Source: Penicillus capitatus (Eukaryota > Plantae > Chlorophyta). From it: a DNA stretch of 64,000 nucleotides. The notes under the pieces are model-generated. The model was given only the letters and a program-made list of their open reading frames with translations, did no database searches and had not been told where the DNA came from. Positions 40,801-51,960 of this stretch are shown here, one piece after another. A program made the position numbers and the translations under genes. The stretch spans positions 1,797,197-1,861,196 of the forward strand of contig OZ287694.1 of NCBI GenBank assembly GCA_965649825.1, written 5' to 3'. Numbering within the stretch: position 1 is the first letter of the stretch; every line of letters begins with the position of its first letter.

Positions 40801-42120
40801 GTGCAGAAGATGCTGTTGGATGCCGCTGCGCCGCCGGCGGCGCGCTGTGCGGCGGCGGGTCTCATGGTAGATCTCTATCTCCTCTTCGGCAGAGAAACCC
40901 TTTCGCCGTCGGATCTGCGCTTTGAACCGGAGACCTGGATGTTTTCTCCCCTATGGCCGATCCTCTCGCAGCAGATCCAGGACACGTCCTGCTCCCTGCT
41001 GGACAGATCTCATCAGACGACGCTCTGTCAAGCGGTGGGCATCTTGGGCAAGCTCGTTCTGTATGGAGATACAGAGATGGAGGCGATAAAGGAGTTCCGT
41101 GGGCAGTTCGTTGGACTCCTGCTCTCTCCTGTCCCGTCCGTCGCAGATCTGGTCCGATCTGTTATCCGTCGACTGCGCAAGTCACATCCCGTCGCTCTCG
41201 CGGATGCCTTTCTCAGGGCACTGACCCAGTACTTTACGGCAACACATGACCCATCGCGCGCCGCCTTTGCATCTCTTGCTCAGCGCATTTGTCAGTGCTA
41301 TACCGTCTTCAATGACACCACTGCTCGATCTCAGGCACATCAGCTCGTCAGCGAAGCCATCCGGCGTGTCACGGCGGAGGAATCTGCACTCGACCTCGCT
41401 TTCATCTCCGAAGGCTTCGCGTGCTTCGTTTCGAAACTCTCGGGCAGAAGCTGCGAGAAGATTAGAGAGCGACTGCTGAGCTACAAAAGGCAAAAGGAGA
41501 TCGACGAGGACCGCTGGAAAGTCGTCGAACCTTTCATCCGTTCCCTCGCCGTCAGACATCTCACACTTTTCTCACACTTATCCAGCCGCCATGCGTGATT
41601 TAGGAACGGGCGAGGCGACTCAGAGCGGCGGCGGCGCAAAGCATCCAGTCTATGGACCCACCCAACGCAACATCCGCGGCATTGAGAGCAAGCAGCGAGC
41701 ACACCTCTCCGCCGCCAAGACAGCTGCCATCGGCGTCGTCGCATTCGCCTGCGCCTGCCAGTCCTGCCATCCAGCTCAATTCCCAGGTCATAAAGCATGG
41801 TGTGATTGCCTTCAGCTGAGGTGTTGGTTTGTGCAGGGGAACTCAGAGAGTCGGGCGTTCGATGTGATAGGTTGGGAGTTTGACACCGCTACCTCCCGTT
41901 CGTCCCCGCCGCCTTCCGATGCTCCGGCGGCGCCCTCTGTTCACCAAGCGGTCAAGATCAGCGTCGCTCGACAGTACACTCTTCTCACTCTTTTGCATTT
42001 CTCACTCTTTTTTGCAGCTTGGACGAAGACGATGCCATCGGTCCCAGAAAGAAAACCAAACGCAGCGGATCGATTTCTCATACCACTGATGCCTTCGACA
42101 GCTCCTTGCGGTTGGAATGA
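37875..42120 (+). CDS. SCC3: Cohesin subunit SCC3/STAG (stromalin), multi-exon
   Basis: SPIRSLRYVACFAA, LFNGIFAQRYRDVCERVRAITTEAIGQWCLQLPRLYLFDEYLKYIAWSLSDK, FLVRFRGRLCEMVYDVDDNVAV, followed by HEAT-like repeats. Start and end (42089 or 42120) approximate. Confidence 0.88.
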
Positions 42121-42191
42121 TGTGACAGCTTCTTATGCACCCATTCTGTTATCTTCCTCGATTCTGGCCGAACACGTCTCGTCGTTGCGTC

Positions 42192-44082
42192 ATGGAATCC
42201 GACGACCATCGCAAATCGATTTCCGAATTGCGCGCCGAACGCGACCGTCTCCACGAAATGCACAAAGACGCGAGCTCACGTCTCCCCGACGGAGGGGCGA
42301 ATCTCAAACACCGCATCGCCCGTATCGAAGAGCTCATTCAACAGAAGAGAGAACAACGCGCTAAAGTACAGTGCCCGTCTTGTCGATGCCCTCCCTTAAC
42401 GTGGAGACAGCGAGCTGGATTCCAGCGTTGGAAGACGACGGAGAGTCGAGAAGTCGTCGACGTGCAGATGGAAGGAGAGGTGTGTGCGTTGGATACGGTC
42501 GATACGGGATCACCGTTGGCTAACGTGAGCGTTCTTTTGTCACTGCCGATGACGCCAAAGTCGAAAGTGGAGCCGTTGGCGACGATTGGACGTCCCGTCA
42601 TGACGAGAAGCAAGAAAAGAGTGAGATACGCCCGTCGAAAGAGTGAGATGCCAAACCGTTTCCCACAGATGAAGCTGGAAGTGGTGGAGTTGCTGTCAGA
42701 CACGGAGATGGAGACAGAAGAGAGTCCGATGCCCATTTCTCCTCCAGTCGACCACCCTTCCGACATCGTGCGGCTCCTCGCTGTACATCCACCGCCGCCA
42801 TTTCGCCAAAGTGTGACATTTGTGTGAGATGTGATCAGAATCAACGGATCGTATATCCGCGGCACGGCGGCCGAGGATCCGTCCAGATCACTCCGTCCGA
42901 TCTGGCGCGTTTGGAACCGGATGAATTCATCAACGATACCTGCATCAATTTGTACATCAAGTGAAGAGTGCGAGGCAAAAGAGTGAGAATCGAGGTGAAT
43001 GGATATAGGAAGATCGAAATGGAGAGTAAGGGTATGGAACGGTGTTACATCTTTCGAACGTATTTCTACTCGAAGCTCGTGGAATCGACGGACACTTCCT
43101 CCAGCAGCTATCAGAAATGGACAAAGGTATGGGGAGGCCTCTTATGTGTGACCATAGAAATGGAGCTGTGCTTTAGGATGTGAATATCTTTGACTACGAC
43201 TATCTGTTTGTGCCAGTCTATGACTGCTCGCACTGGTCGCTGGCCATCGTGTGTTTTGCTGGGAGGATTGGAGAAGACGTCACCCACGAGCGACTGTTCA
43301 CTCCCTGCATCCTACACCTCGATTCTGTCGAGCGTCTCTTCTCACTCTTTCTCACACTTCCTGCTCAAAGCGTATGTATGATGTGACAGAGAGCGTGGGT
43401 CATTGTACGGCGGAAGTGGGTAATGTACTGCGATCGTATCTGCAAGCGGAATGGAATCTAAAAGTGTGACCTTGTGTGAGATGCATGTTTCATAGCGTTG
43501 TGATGTGACAGGTGGTACAATATCCGCCGATACTCAACAGTCGTAACCTCCCAGCCAAGCGGATCGCCAAAATCCCCCAGCAGCACAACTCGGCGGACTG
43601 CGGGCTCTTTCTCCTCGCCTACCTCGAGTACTTCATTTTCGATCTACCTGATCATCTCGACCACCGAAGACTACACGAGCTCAAGAGTACGGTCACATCA
43701 CAAAGTGTGAGATCGCAGACATCTGTCTGCACTAGATAAAGACCGGCCGAATTTTCTGACGTCTCGGTGGCTGAAGTCCATCCACGTGGGGCTTCTTCGA
43801 AAAGAGCTGCTGCATTTTATGTACCATCTCTATCTGGAGCAGCTGCCGGATGAGCATCCCGCCTTCGATATCCTTTTTCAGAAGCTCAGTGCATACGACG
43901 CGAGCGAAACACCCAAGTCACATCACTCTTGCATCTCACTCTTTTCGATCACATAGGTCTTTAGGTACAAAACTGCCGCACGGTTGCGTCAAGAACGACA
44001 GACGTCGCATCTGTCCTCGGCACAAAGACGGACATCGACATTCGACAATTGTGGCCATAACTGCCGCTCCGGTGGAAGATAA
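42192..44082 (+). CDS. ULP/SENP SUMO protease (peptidase C48), OTS/ULP2-like
   Basis: N-terminal RLPDGGANLKHRI coiled coil; ITPSDLARLEPDEFINDTCI, FRTYFYSKL, NIFDYDYLFVPV, catalytic SHWSL (His), HLDS (Asp), QQHNSADCG (Gln/Cys). Confidence 0.9.
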
Positions 44083-44184
44083 CAAGCGCAGGGGTGCGAT
44101 ACATCAACGGCAGGCTGTCTATGTCTGATACAATGACATCCATATTCGATAGTGGATAGAAACGCTGTAATAGAGATCGAGATT

Positions 44185-44541
44185 TCATGCGGCGGAGGAG
44201 TTGCCGTCGATCGATACGCCATCGGCGCGGAGCGACGTGACGAGATGATCGAAATCGACGTTTTCTAGGTAGTCAATCTCAGCATCGTAGTTTTCCTCCT
44301 CCAGATTCAGGCCTTCGCGTTGCGCCGCCGGCCAGCCTAGCCGCCAAACGTCGCATCACGGAGGAATGACAGAACAGATACCGCGCAGAGCGATGCATGC
44401 ACGATCGTAGGCTCGCGCCGCATCGACGCCCGTGACGAAATGCCCGAGATAACATTCGCCATCGCCCGTCCAGATACGCGCTCTCCAGTAGCGCCGGTGA
44501 CGATAGACGCCTTTGAATGGACTGGACGCCTCGGCGACCAT
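44185..44541 (-). CDS. Small AP2/ERF-domain protein
   Basis: SSPFKGVYRHRRYWRARIW...YLGHF...AARAYDRACIALRG | ...LNLEEENYDAEIDYL, with one ~45-nt GT-AG intron; upstream exons possible. Confidence 0.8.
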
Positions 44542-44669
44542 GACGACGATGTGACGTGTCGATGCGACGCGGTCAACTCGTCAGCGCCGTTTCGTCTTCC
44601 TTTTCCACTGCGTGATGTGACGTGTCGCGCTTTCCTCCATGACGTGACGTTTGAAGCCGTGCGTGTTCG

Positions 44670-47600
44670 ATGGCACTGGCCTGGCCAACGCCCACCGAGA
44701 CGTCCGCCGCCGCGCGTCTGTCCTTCGATGACGACGCCGACACCATCCCCCATCTCTGCAGCATCTGCCACGGAACGCGAGGTCGTCTGGTCACCTGTAC
44801 TGGCGGCTGTCTGCGTTCCTACCATCTGCCCGATCCCAACCAACGTCGTCCATTTCCACCCCACTCTGCTCTCTCATCGACTGGCGTTCCAGGCGATACG
44901 GATTGCGGCATTCTGAGACTCGATCCCGACGAGGCGGAATCTCTGTGGCGAATGCGAGACGCTTTTCTCTGTCCCCTCTGCACCAGAGCCGCAGACAGCG
45001 TCTGTTCGGAGTGTCGGGCGGAAGGGGAGAGCGATATGTGGCCGTGCAGTGTCGGCGGATGTTCGCACCGCTTCTGTGGGAGATGCCGTCACAATCCAGC
45101 CCTGCCAGCGAGCTACGGCTCGGACTTCTTCATCTGTCCCCAGCATTTCTGCAGCGCCTGTAAATCGGTGGAAGGCCAATCGGAGAGCAATCCGTTGATT
45201 CCTTGTCTCCTCTGCCCCAGAGCCTTTCATCTGAAGTGCCTGGCGGCGGAGAAGGATCCGATGCTGCACCAACGCATCCATCTTCATGAGAAACGCACGA
45301 ACGAACAAACACCTTTCAGCAAAGGCGTCCTCATATGCCCCTCCCACAAGATGACGCTCAAAGAGTACTGGAAGACGATTCTGGCGAAATGGAGAGCGAC
45401 ATGGCTCAGTGGGATCATCGCCGAAGCTTCCAGGCAACGAACGGTCAGCCCAGCATGCTTTCACCTGTCACATCAACGCTGCCGCCACAACAGGGCGTTC
45501 TGATGCTTCCTTGGCATAGCACGGTGGATCCCTCAACGAATGATGATCGGAATGATCAGCCGCCATCTGATGTGACGGATGCCAGAGTCGATCTCGTCTC
45601 GGTCTTGGGTCCCTCTCCCGAAGCGATGCACGAAGTGCATACGATCTTCAACGAGGCCGTCGAGTCTTCGTGGAAACGCAGAGCCTTTGCGGCCGATGCA
45701 TCGATCTTCCCCTACGACACCACACCGATGCTGATCAGTCCATCCCTGCTGACAGAATTCGAAAAGACAGTCGAACTGGCAAAGAGTCGACCACACGTAG
45801 CCCATCGCCTGATCACGCCTCAAGTCTCTCTCGACTGGCGGCTGGGATCCACCGTACATGTGTGTTGCAGTACCTGCGTCGATTCAAGCGCATCCGAGAA
45901 AGCATGCGATACTATCTCTGTCCACTCCATCATCGCGGAAACTACACGTCCTTTGGGCGGCATTTTACGAAGCCTGAGATCGTGAAGGAGATTGCCCGAC
46001 GGGTCGTAGGTTTGATGAAGACGGGGGATATGTTGGTGGATATGTCCTGTGGACGCAATGCCTTTGTCCCTTGCGTCAAAGAGCTCTGCCGCGACGAAGG
46101 CGTCGAGGTCACTCTTTCCATCTCACTCTTTCTGTCGTCCAGCATCTCCTGCAGATTATCGGGCGCGCCTACGATATCATCACGCCGTGCAACTTGGAGG
46201 ACTGGATTCGGCGAAGCTGGTTTGACGTCCATCCTGACGAGCTCTATATCGGTAAGGGGATGGAAGGGATGATGGCGTGCGAGGGCGTGGCTGCGACAGG
46301 CGATCGGTTGGTGATTGGACTGAATCCTCCTTTCGGTAAAAACGGACGACTGGCGGAGTTCTTTATACAGAAGGCCGCGGAATTCCGACCCAGACATCTG
46401 GTGCTAATCACGCCGCCAGTGACGCAGACGCCGCCGGGGTACGAACGGATCTACGAAGATCCGCATCTCTGCAGAGAAAAGTAAGATGCCACCTCTCTCA
46501 CACTTTTATCGAAGGAGAGGTGTGTATGCTCAGTGCCTTCTCGACCCCAGCCGGTAAAGATTCGAAGAATGCCGACACGCCTTGTCTGAGAATTATGGAG
46601 AGAAGAACGCCGCCGTTGCCAGCGGAATGCCGGACGGTGTGGGATTCGATGCAGATGGAAATGCCGGAGCGCGTACATAACGATACAGGAGGCATACCGC
46701 CGCCACCGCCGCCACCGCCGCCATCTCACACTTTTCAGAATTTACCAAACAGTGGTCGTGGTGTGACCCCTCCCCCGGTGGCATCGCCCACATCCGTCCC
46801 ACCGCACCAGGTGAGGTTTACGCTGTTCGCGTGCGTTCTGAGTGAGATGTGTGATGTAGATGAGTATTGATGGAGAAGAGAGGGCAACGGTGTCGGTCGA
46901 ACCGATGGCGGCTGGACAGGGCTGTTTTCAACGACAGCAGCCTTTGGTCTCGCAGGATCGACTGTTTCACAACCAGGGGCAAAACGCAACAAAAAGGAGT
47001 GAGCCTTACTCAGCGAAAAGACAACGACGCCATCGACATCCAGGCAACCAACCTGCACGCGTACAGCTACACAGACACTATCCGCCTCAGGCCAAGCGCC
47101 AAGCCGTTCGTCGATTCGATGCCTATCTTCCACCCGACTGGACCGACTCCGGCATCGGGGGTTGCGCAGGAAGGCCATCACATCGCCCTGAAAGCATAGA
47201 TTTGACGGAAGACGCCGCCGCACGGCACCAAAGAGATACCTATCTCACGGAGATGCTCAATCCGCCGCCTCCGCCGAGGATGTGCCGAGAGCCGGTGTCC
47301 GCTTTTGCTCCTCAGAGTATGGAGCACGTACGCAACAGCTTCTTCCCATCTGGTGATGAAGCCAGAGACCAACGCATACATCTCCCCTTTGCTGCCCCGT
47401 CGCCGCCGCCACCACCACCAGGAGAGGACTGGAGAAGATCCAGGAGTCCTTACGATGCCGGCGACTATGCCGCTCGTTCGCCAGACGAACTAAACCCTAT
47501 CTTCCGTGACGACCCTCTCCAGAACATCCGACGACAGGATCCTCTCCTTCGCGATCACGGCCTATCTGGCGCGTGGACGCAGGAAGCCGAATTCCAGCGT

Positions 47601-47918
47601 CCTTCGCTTTCTGGATCGTCCGCCGTGCAACCGCAGCTTCGCCAAGATGACCGTCTCCCTTCGTGGCCGACTGACCAGCGAGTGGTCGCTGCGCCAGCGC
47701 TGTATCCGGATCAGATGTCGAACGATCGACGTCTCGCCGCCGCTGTGGCGGCGCCGCCACCCCAAGGGCCCGTTCACGTACACTTTGCACCCGTGCAGCA
47801 CCACATCAACGTCCACGTGCATCCAGCGACATCCGAAACGCAGAAGCGAAGACGCCGTACCGTCTCCCATCTCCTCAAAAACATCGACGATCTCATCCGT
47901 GGCGACGCTTCACCCTAA
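44670..47918 (+). CDS. EDM2: EDM2-like protein: NSD-type PHD fingers plus C-terminal N6-adenine-methyltransferase-like domain and Pro-rich tail
   Basis: CSIC...LVTCTGGCLRSYH, FICPQHFCSAC, CLLCPRAFHLKC; then YTSFGRHFTKPE, GDMLVDMSCGRNAF, LVIGLNPPFG...LAEFFIQKAAEFRPRHLVLI, matching the Arabidopsis EDM2 C-terminal domain as I recall it (YTSFGRHFTK, DFCCGSNDF, GLNPPFG). Confidence 0.85.
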
Positions 47919-48093
47919 ACCATCCTCCCACTCTCCCCCGCGTCACATCGCTTTCAGCCAAGCGATGAAGCGCGATACATTCTTGTGGCCAATACCGGAC
48001 TCGACTTTACACAAGGACATCTGTTTACAGTTTCTCCAGAACAAGTCTATCAGGGAGATGGATCGATCTGTCCATAGAGTGGAAGCCAGTGCC

Positions 48094-48581
48094 TTAGGTG
48101 GTGAACGATTCCCCACAGCCACAGCTTCCCTTCGAGTTCGGATTGCGAAAGACAAACTCCTTTCTGCAGCACCCCATCATGCGTTGCCCAATAAACGGAC
48201 GCTCTCTACTTTAATCGGTCCTCCACGAAATCCATCGTCGTTCCCAGAACATGAATCAGCGCGCCCGGATCGATGAGCATTCGAATGCCTTTCTCCTCAA
48301 CCCGCTCATCAAATTTCCCGGGACTGTTGGCGTAGTTCAGTGTGTAGGTCAGTCCATTGCATCCCCGGCGTTTGACGCCGAGGCGTAGGTACTCCTGACA
48401 GAAGTGTGATGTGACAGCAGCGATGGAATGGTCAGGCACATGCCTTCTGTCGTGTTTGTAGCAGCGATCGAATGCGTTCGGCGGCGGAATCGGTGAGATG
48501 GATGGCAGCCTTGACTGGTTTCAGAACACGACGCGGCTGTTTCGCCGTTTCTGCGAGAGCGGCGAAGAGACGACCGACCAT
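48094..48581 (-). CDS. ISCA1: Mitochondrial iron-sulfur cluster A-type carrier (ISCA1/IscA)
   Basis: [17 protein letters not shown] | [20 protein letters not shown]...TMDFVEDRL | [21 protein letters not shown]-stop; first intron is GC-AG (48395-48443, 49 nt). Confidence 0.93.
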
Positions 48582-48584
48582 TAC

Positions 48585-50274
48585 TCAAAACATCAAACGG
48601 CTGACATCAGGATGCATCACAATGATACCATCATCTCGTGCGTCACGTCCCATCGTACAGCTACCCGAACGTACAAACGCGGGTGGATTCGAAGAGGCGC
48701 CGACATCAATCGGACGTTCGCGGAATTGACGTTCTAATCGTCGCATCTTTGCCTTGAGCGCTTCGATTTCGCGAAGGACGTTGTCTGAAGCGGCGGTGGT
48801 TAGAAATCCGGATCCTGTCCCGTCGATGGTCGGCAGCGGCGGCGGTGGCGGCGGAGGGTCGTCCATATTGTTCAGCGTTGCCTCTCTGTACTGTGACAGC
48901 GACGGATGTGACGTGCATTGCGTTGTTCTGTAATCACATGTCATTGCTTCAAAAGAGTGAGACATCTGGCGGTCCATATCCAATTTCAGTCGGTGGTGCA
49001 GATCCGTGTTCTCTTTTCGCAGATGCTTGATTTCTTCCCGCAACACGGCCCGTTCCGTTCTGGGATGCGCCGCCGTTCCCTCCAGAGACGCATCGTAGAC
49101 GATGCCTTTCGCCTTTTGCGCGTAGAGCAGTGTATTGAGTGTCTCTTCCTGATGGATGTTGCACGGAGAGCAGCACGTGATCATGAGCGTCAGTGCATGA
49201 CCACTCAATCCATCTTTGAGAAGCTTGGTCAGAACGGAATCGCGATAGGCGATGTGCACAGCGTGATGTGACGTCGACAGCGAGGCGATCACTTTGCCAA
49301 GGCAGAACAGACTCTTGTTGATCTTGGCCGTCTCGCGACGGTTCTGATCATGATCCTTTAGCCGTTCACTCCCAGCCAGATCCACAAACATCAACTTCCC
49401 GCCAGCTTCCTACAACAAACGTCAAATCACTGCCGCCGCCACGGTCCGTCATATGAGCAAGACGCTGGATTGGAGGTCGATGGTGAAGATGGTATGACTA
49501 CGACTCGAGCGGCCGTTGCGTTTATGACATCCCACTCTCCGCGTCTGCATACCGTGCTCAATCACCTCCATCACACTTTTCCCGTACACCGCACAAAAGA
49601 GTGAGATACCATGTGGACTGTGTCCATGGCCTTGCACGGGACCGTCTTGGCACCGTCCACATAGAATCCTCGATCGGCAGACCATCGAACGGCGAGTCTC
49701 GCATCGTGCGATGCCAGTAGATCGTACACCGATTCGTTATAGACCTCCACATACGTCACATCCAATCGAGCGTCCACCGCATCCTGCAAAGTGTCCAGTA
49801 CATAACGCGCCGCATACTGAATCACTCCTTCCTGTCCATCCTACACAACAGTCCTCAGTGCCCAACGAGAATCCACCGTTTCGCGACAAACGGGCGATCC
49901 AGTCATGGTATAGGTCTTGCCCGAACCGGTCGGTCCGTAGGCCAAGATGCAGACATGGTATCCGGTCATCGCTGCGTTGAGCAGCTGGTAGATGCCGAAG
50001 GCTGACAAGACGTCTTCTTGCATGGCCTCTCTGCCAAGACAGGCGTCAAAGCGCATCGTCCGTGCGAAGGGACGTCCGTAGGGCGATGCCAAGAGAACCT
50101 CCATGAAAAGACGTCAGGTGATGACGTCGGTATCGCGCAGAGGACTCTAAGGGCCTGCGGATCGTCCTCGTCCGTCTCGACGATTTCATGACGTCTCTCG
50201 CGGATCTCCATCTTCGTCGGCGGTCGGATACGGACACCGACGCGAATTCGACGCTCGTCATCGCGGGACGTCAT
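48585..50274 (-). CDS. Kinesin motor protein, KIF12/kinesin-16-like
   Basis: IRVGVRIRP, AYGPTGSGKTYTM, YVEVYNESVYDLL, LAVRWSADRGFYV, SSRSHTIF, FVDLAGSERL, INKSLFCLGKVI, IAYRDSVLTKLL, short coiled-coil tail. Confidence 0.92.
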
Positions 50275-50346
50275 GATGCGACGTGCGATCCGTCGTCGAT
50301 GGCGTTCAAAACACGCGACGCATGGACGCTGTCACATCCATCGCCC

Positions 50347-51420
50347 TTAAAAGCATTCGAGCAACGATTTGTGATGATAGGCCGAAAAAAGCAAAGCATT
50401 GTGCAGAATATGCGCTACGAGGGGAAACATGAGATTCTCCCTGGCAGTGACGGTGAGGACGCCCCACACGATTCCCGAGAACAACATTGCCAGAAACTGC
50501 CGAGTCGAGGCAATGGGTCGACTCACGTTGTCCGCCAGGGCGGCCAGCAGCGAAGCCATCGGGAAGCCGTATATGAACTCGACCGATACAACGACGATAC
50601 CACGGTAGAGGAGCTCCTGGAGCAGCGGCACAAAGAGGACGCCCGAAAGGTAGATCCAGATCATCGTCGCTCTGCGGTCCACCTTATCAATCGAATCCAT
50701 GTCGTCGGTGATGAACGGAACGAGCCATTCGACGTGGGGTTTCTGCAGTTCGGAGACAACGGTCCGCGTTCGGAACACCAGGAGCCAGTGCACAGCGGCG
50801 GCGGCGGCGGCGAACATGGCGGCGACGGGGAACAGCAACGGGTGGTAGGCGAAAAGGAAGGTGTGCAGTTGGAATGGCCCAAAGGAGAGCACCACATAAA
50901 GAACGGCGAATCGTATCGCCAGGGTGATACCCCGCCGAATGCGCCGAGGTTTTCGAAGTTCGATGACGCGCTGCGTCCAGTTCCAGAGAAGGAACGCCGC
51001 CGCCAGAATCCGAAACTGCGCTTCGCTCATCGCATCCAAGGCATTGTAAGACATGGCGATGGCGCCGAAGGTTATGCCGATGACGATAAAGGTGATCCAC
51101 AGACGCGAGAATGCCGATTCCAAACCATCTGCCAGAGTGGGGGCTGCGGGCGTGGCATCTGGGTCCGTGACCGATTCTCCGTCTGGATCTTGCTTGGCGT
51201 CATCTGTTGTCTGGACGGTGTCCTTATCGATCGGTTCATTGATGGAGACCGGCGGGTCGCAGTTCGCGACGAGCGATACCGTGGCGTTGCGTTTTGGCCG
51301 AGGGATGTGACTGGCCGTCGCGCTGAGGTGGGCGCTGCGTTTGGCTGTGGACCGTGAGCGGGAGAGCGATGCGGTCGAGGCGGAGCTGACGGGAACACGT
51401 CGTGACAGTCGCGTCTGCAT
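50347..51420 (-). CDS. CPBP (CAAX protease/Abi)-family membrane protein, probably plastid-targeted, intronless
   Basis: Ser/Arg-rich N-terminus, multiple TM segments, PLLQELLYRG (EExxxR-like) and AHILHN (HxxxN-like). Confidence 0.7.
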   Translation of the reverse strand: MQTRLSRRVPVSSASTASLSRSRSTAKRSAHLSATASHIPRPKRNATVSLVANCDPPVSINEPIDKDTVQTTDDAKQDPDGESVTDPDATPAAPTLADGLESAFSRLWITFIVIGITFGAIAMSYNALDAMSEAQFRILAAAFLLWNWTQRVIELRKPRRIRRGITLAIRFAVLYVVLSFGPFQLHTFLFAYHPLLFPVAAMFAAAAAAVHWLLVFRTRTVVSELQKPHVEWLVPFITDDMDSIDKVDRRATMIWIYLSGVLFVPLLQELLYRGIVVVSVEFIYGFPMASLLAALADNVSRPIASTRQFLAMLFSGIVWGVLTVTARENLMFPLVAHILHNALLFSAYHHKSLLECF

Positions 51421-51711
51421 CTCAACACGATGACGACGCGAACGGAGCGACCCACTCGGCGACACGCAATCGAGGTATAGGGATCGACAGATGGTGCTCA
51501 TCTGAACGCCAAGCCAGCTGTCACATCGACCTCGAAAACAAGCGACCGACGCAGCGAGCAGACTCCGCGACGCTAGACGCCAACGCGACGATTCTAACCA
51601 GTCCCTCCCTACCCTCCGCTGTAGCGACGCCTCACTGCTTCGTGTCCGGGTATGGACTCGGTGTTTTGCGCTTAGGAAACGAAGGGCGGAAAGCGGTCGC
51701 TGCGGATGGCC

Positions 51712-51783
51712 GTCACATCAGGCGCATCAGATTGGGCCACTCGCGGTCGCATCAGGCGTATCGGATTGGCCACTCGCGGTCAC
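51712..51783 (+). promoter_or_regulatory. 33-34 bp tandem duplication with ATTGG (reverse CCAAT) boxes in the CPBP/nitrate reductase divergent intergenic region
   Basis: gtcacatcaggcgcatcagattgggccactcgcg / gtcgcatcaggcgtatcggattggccactcgcg / gtcac; lies 180-250 nt upstream of the NR ATG. The repeat is seen directly; a regulatory role is inferred. Confidence 0.45.
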
Positions 51784-51960
51784 GATCGTCTGATTCCTCG
51801 TATCTACCGTATGGAGACTTCTCGTCATTATAGTGTGAAGGTTCGCGTTTACGACCAGCTACTTGACCGCTACGTCTGCCCCGTTCCAGTCTATAAAGCG
51901 CAATACGCGCAAAGGGCTGTTGTTATTAAACACGAGCTGTGCTGATTCTATTTGAACACT

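Noticed and set aside
42612-42652. AAAAGAGTGAGAT-like words inside the ULP gene and at 35303 in AlaRS
   Set aside because: They fall in apparently coding frames (SKKRVRY, RKSEM, EQKSDLK) so I did not count them as intron-family copies; RNA-seq could show otherwise for ULP.
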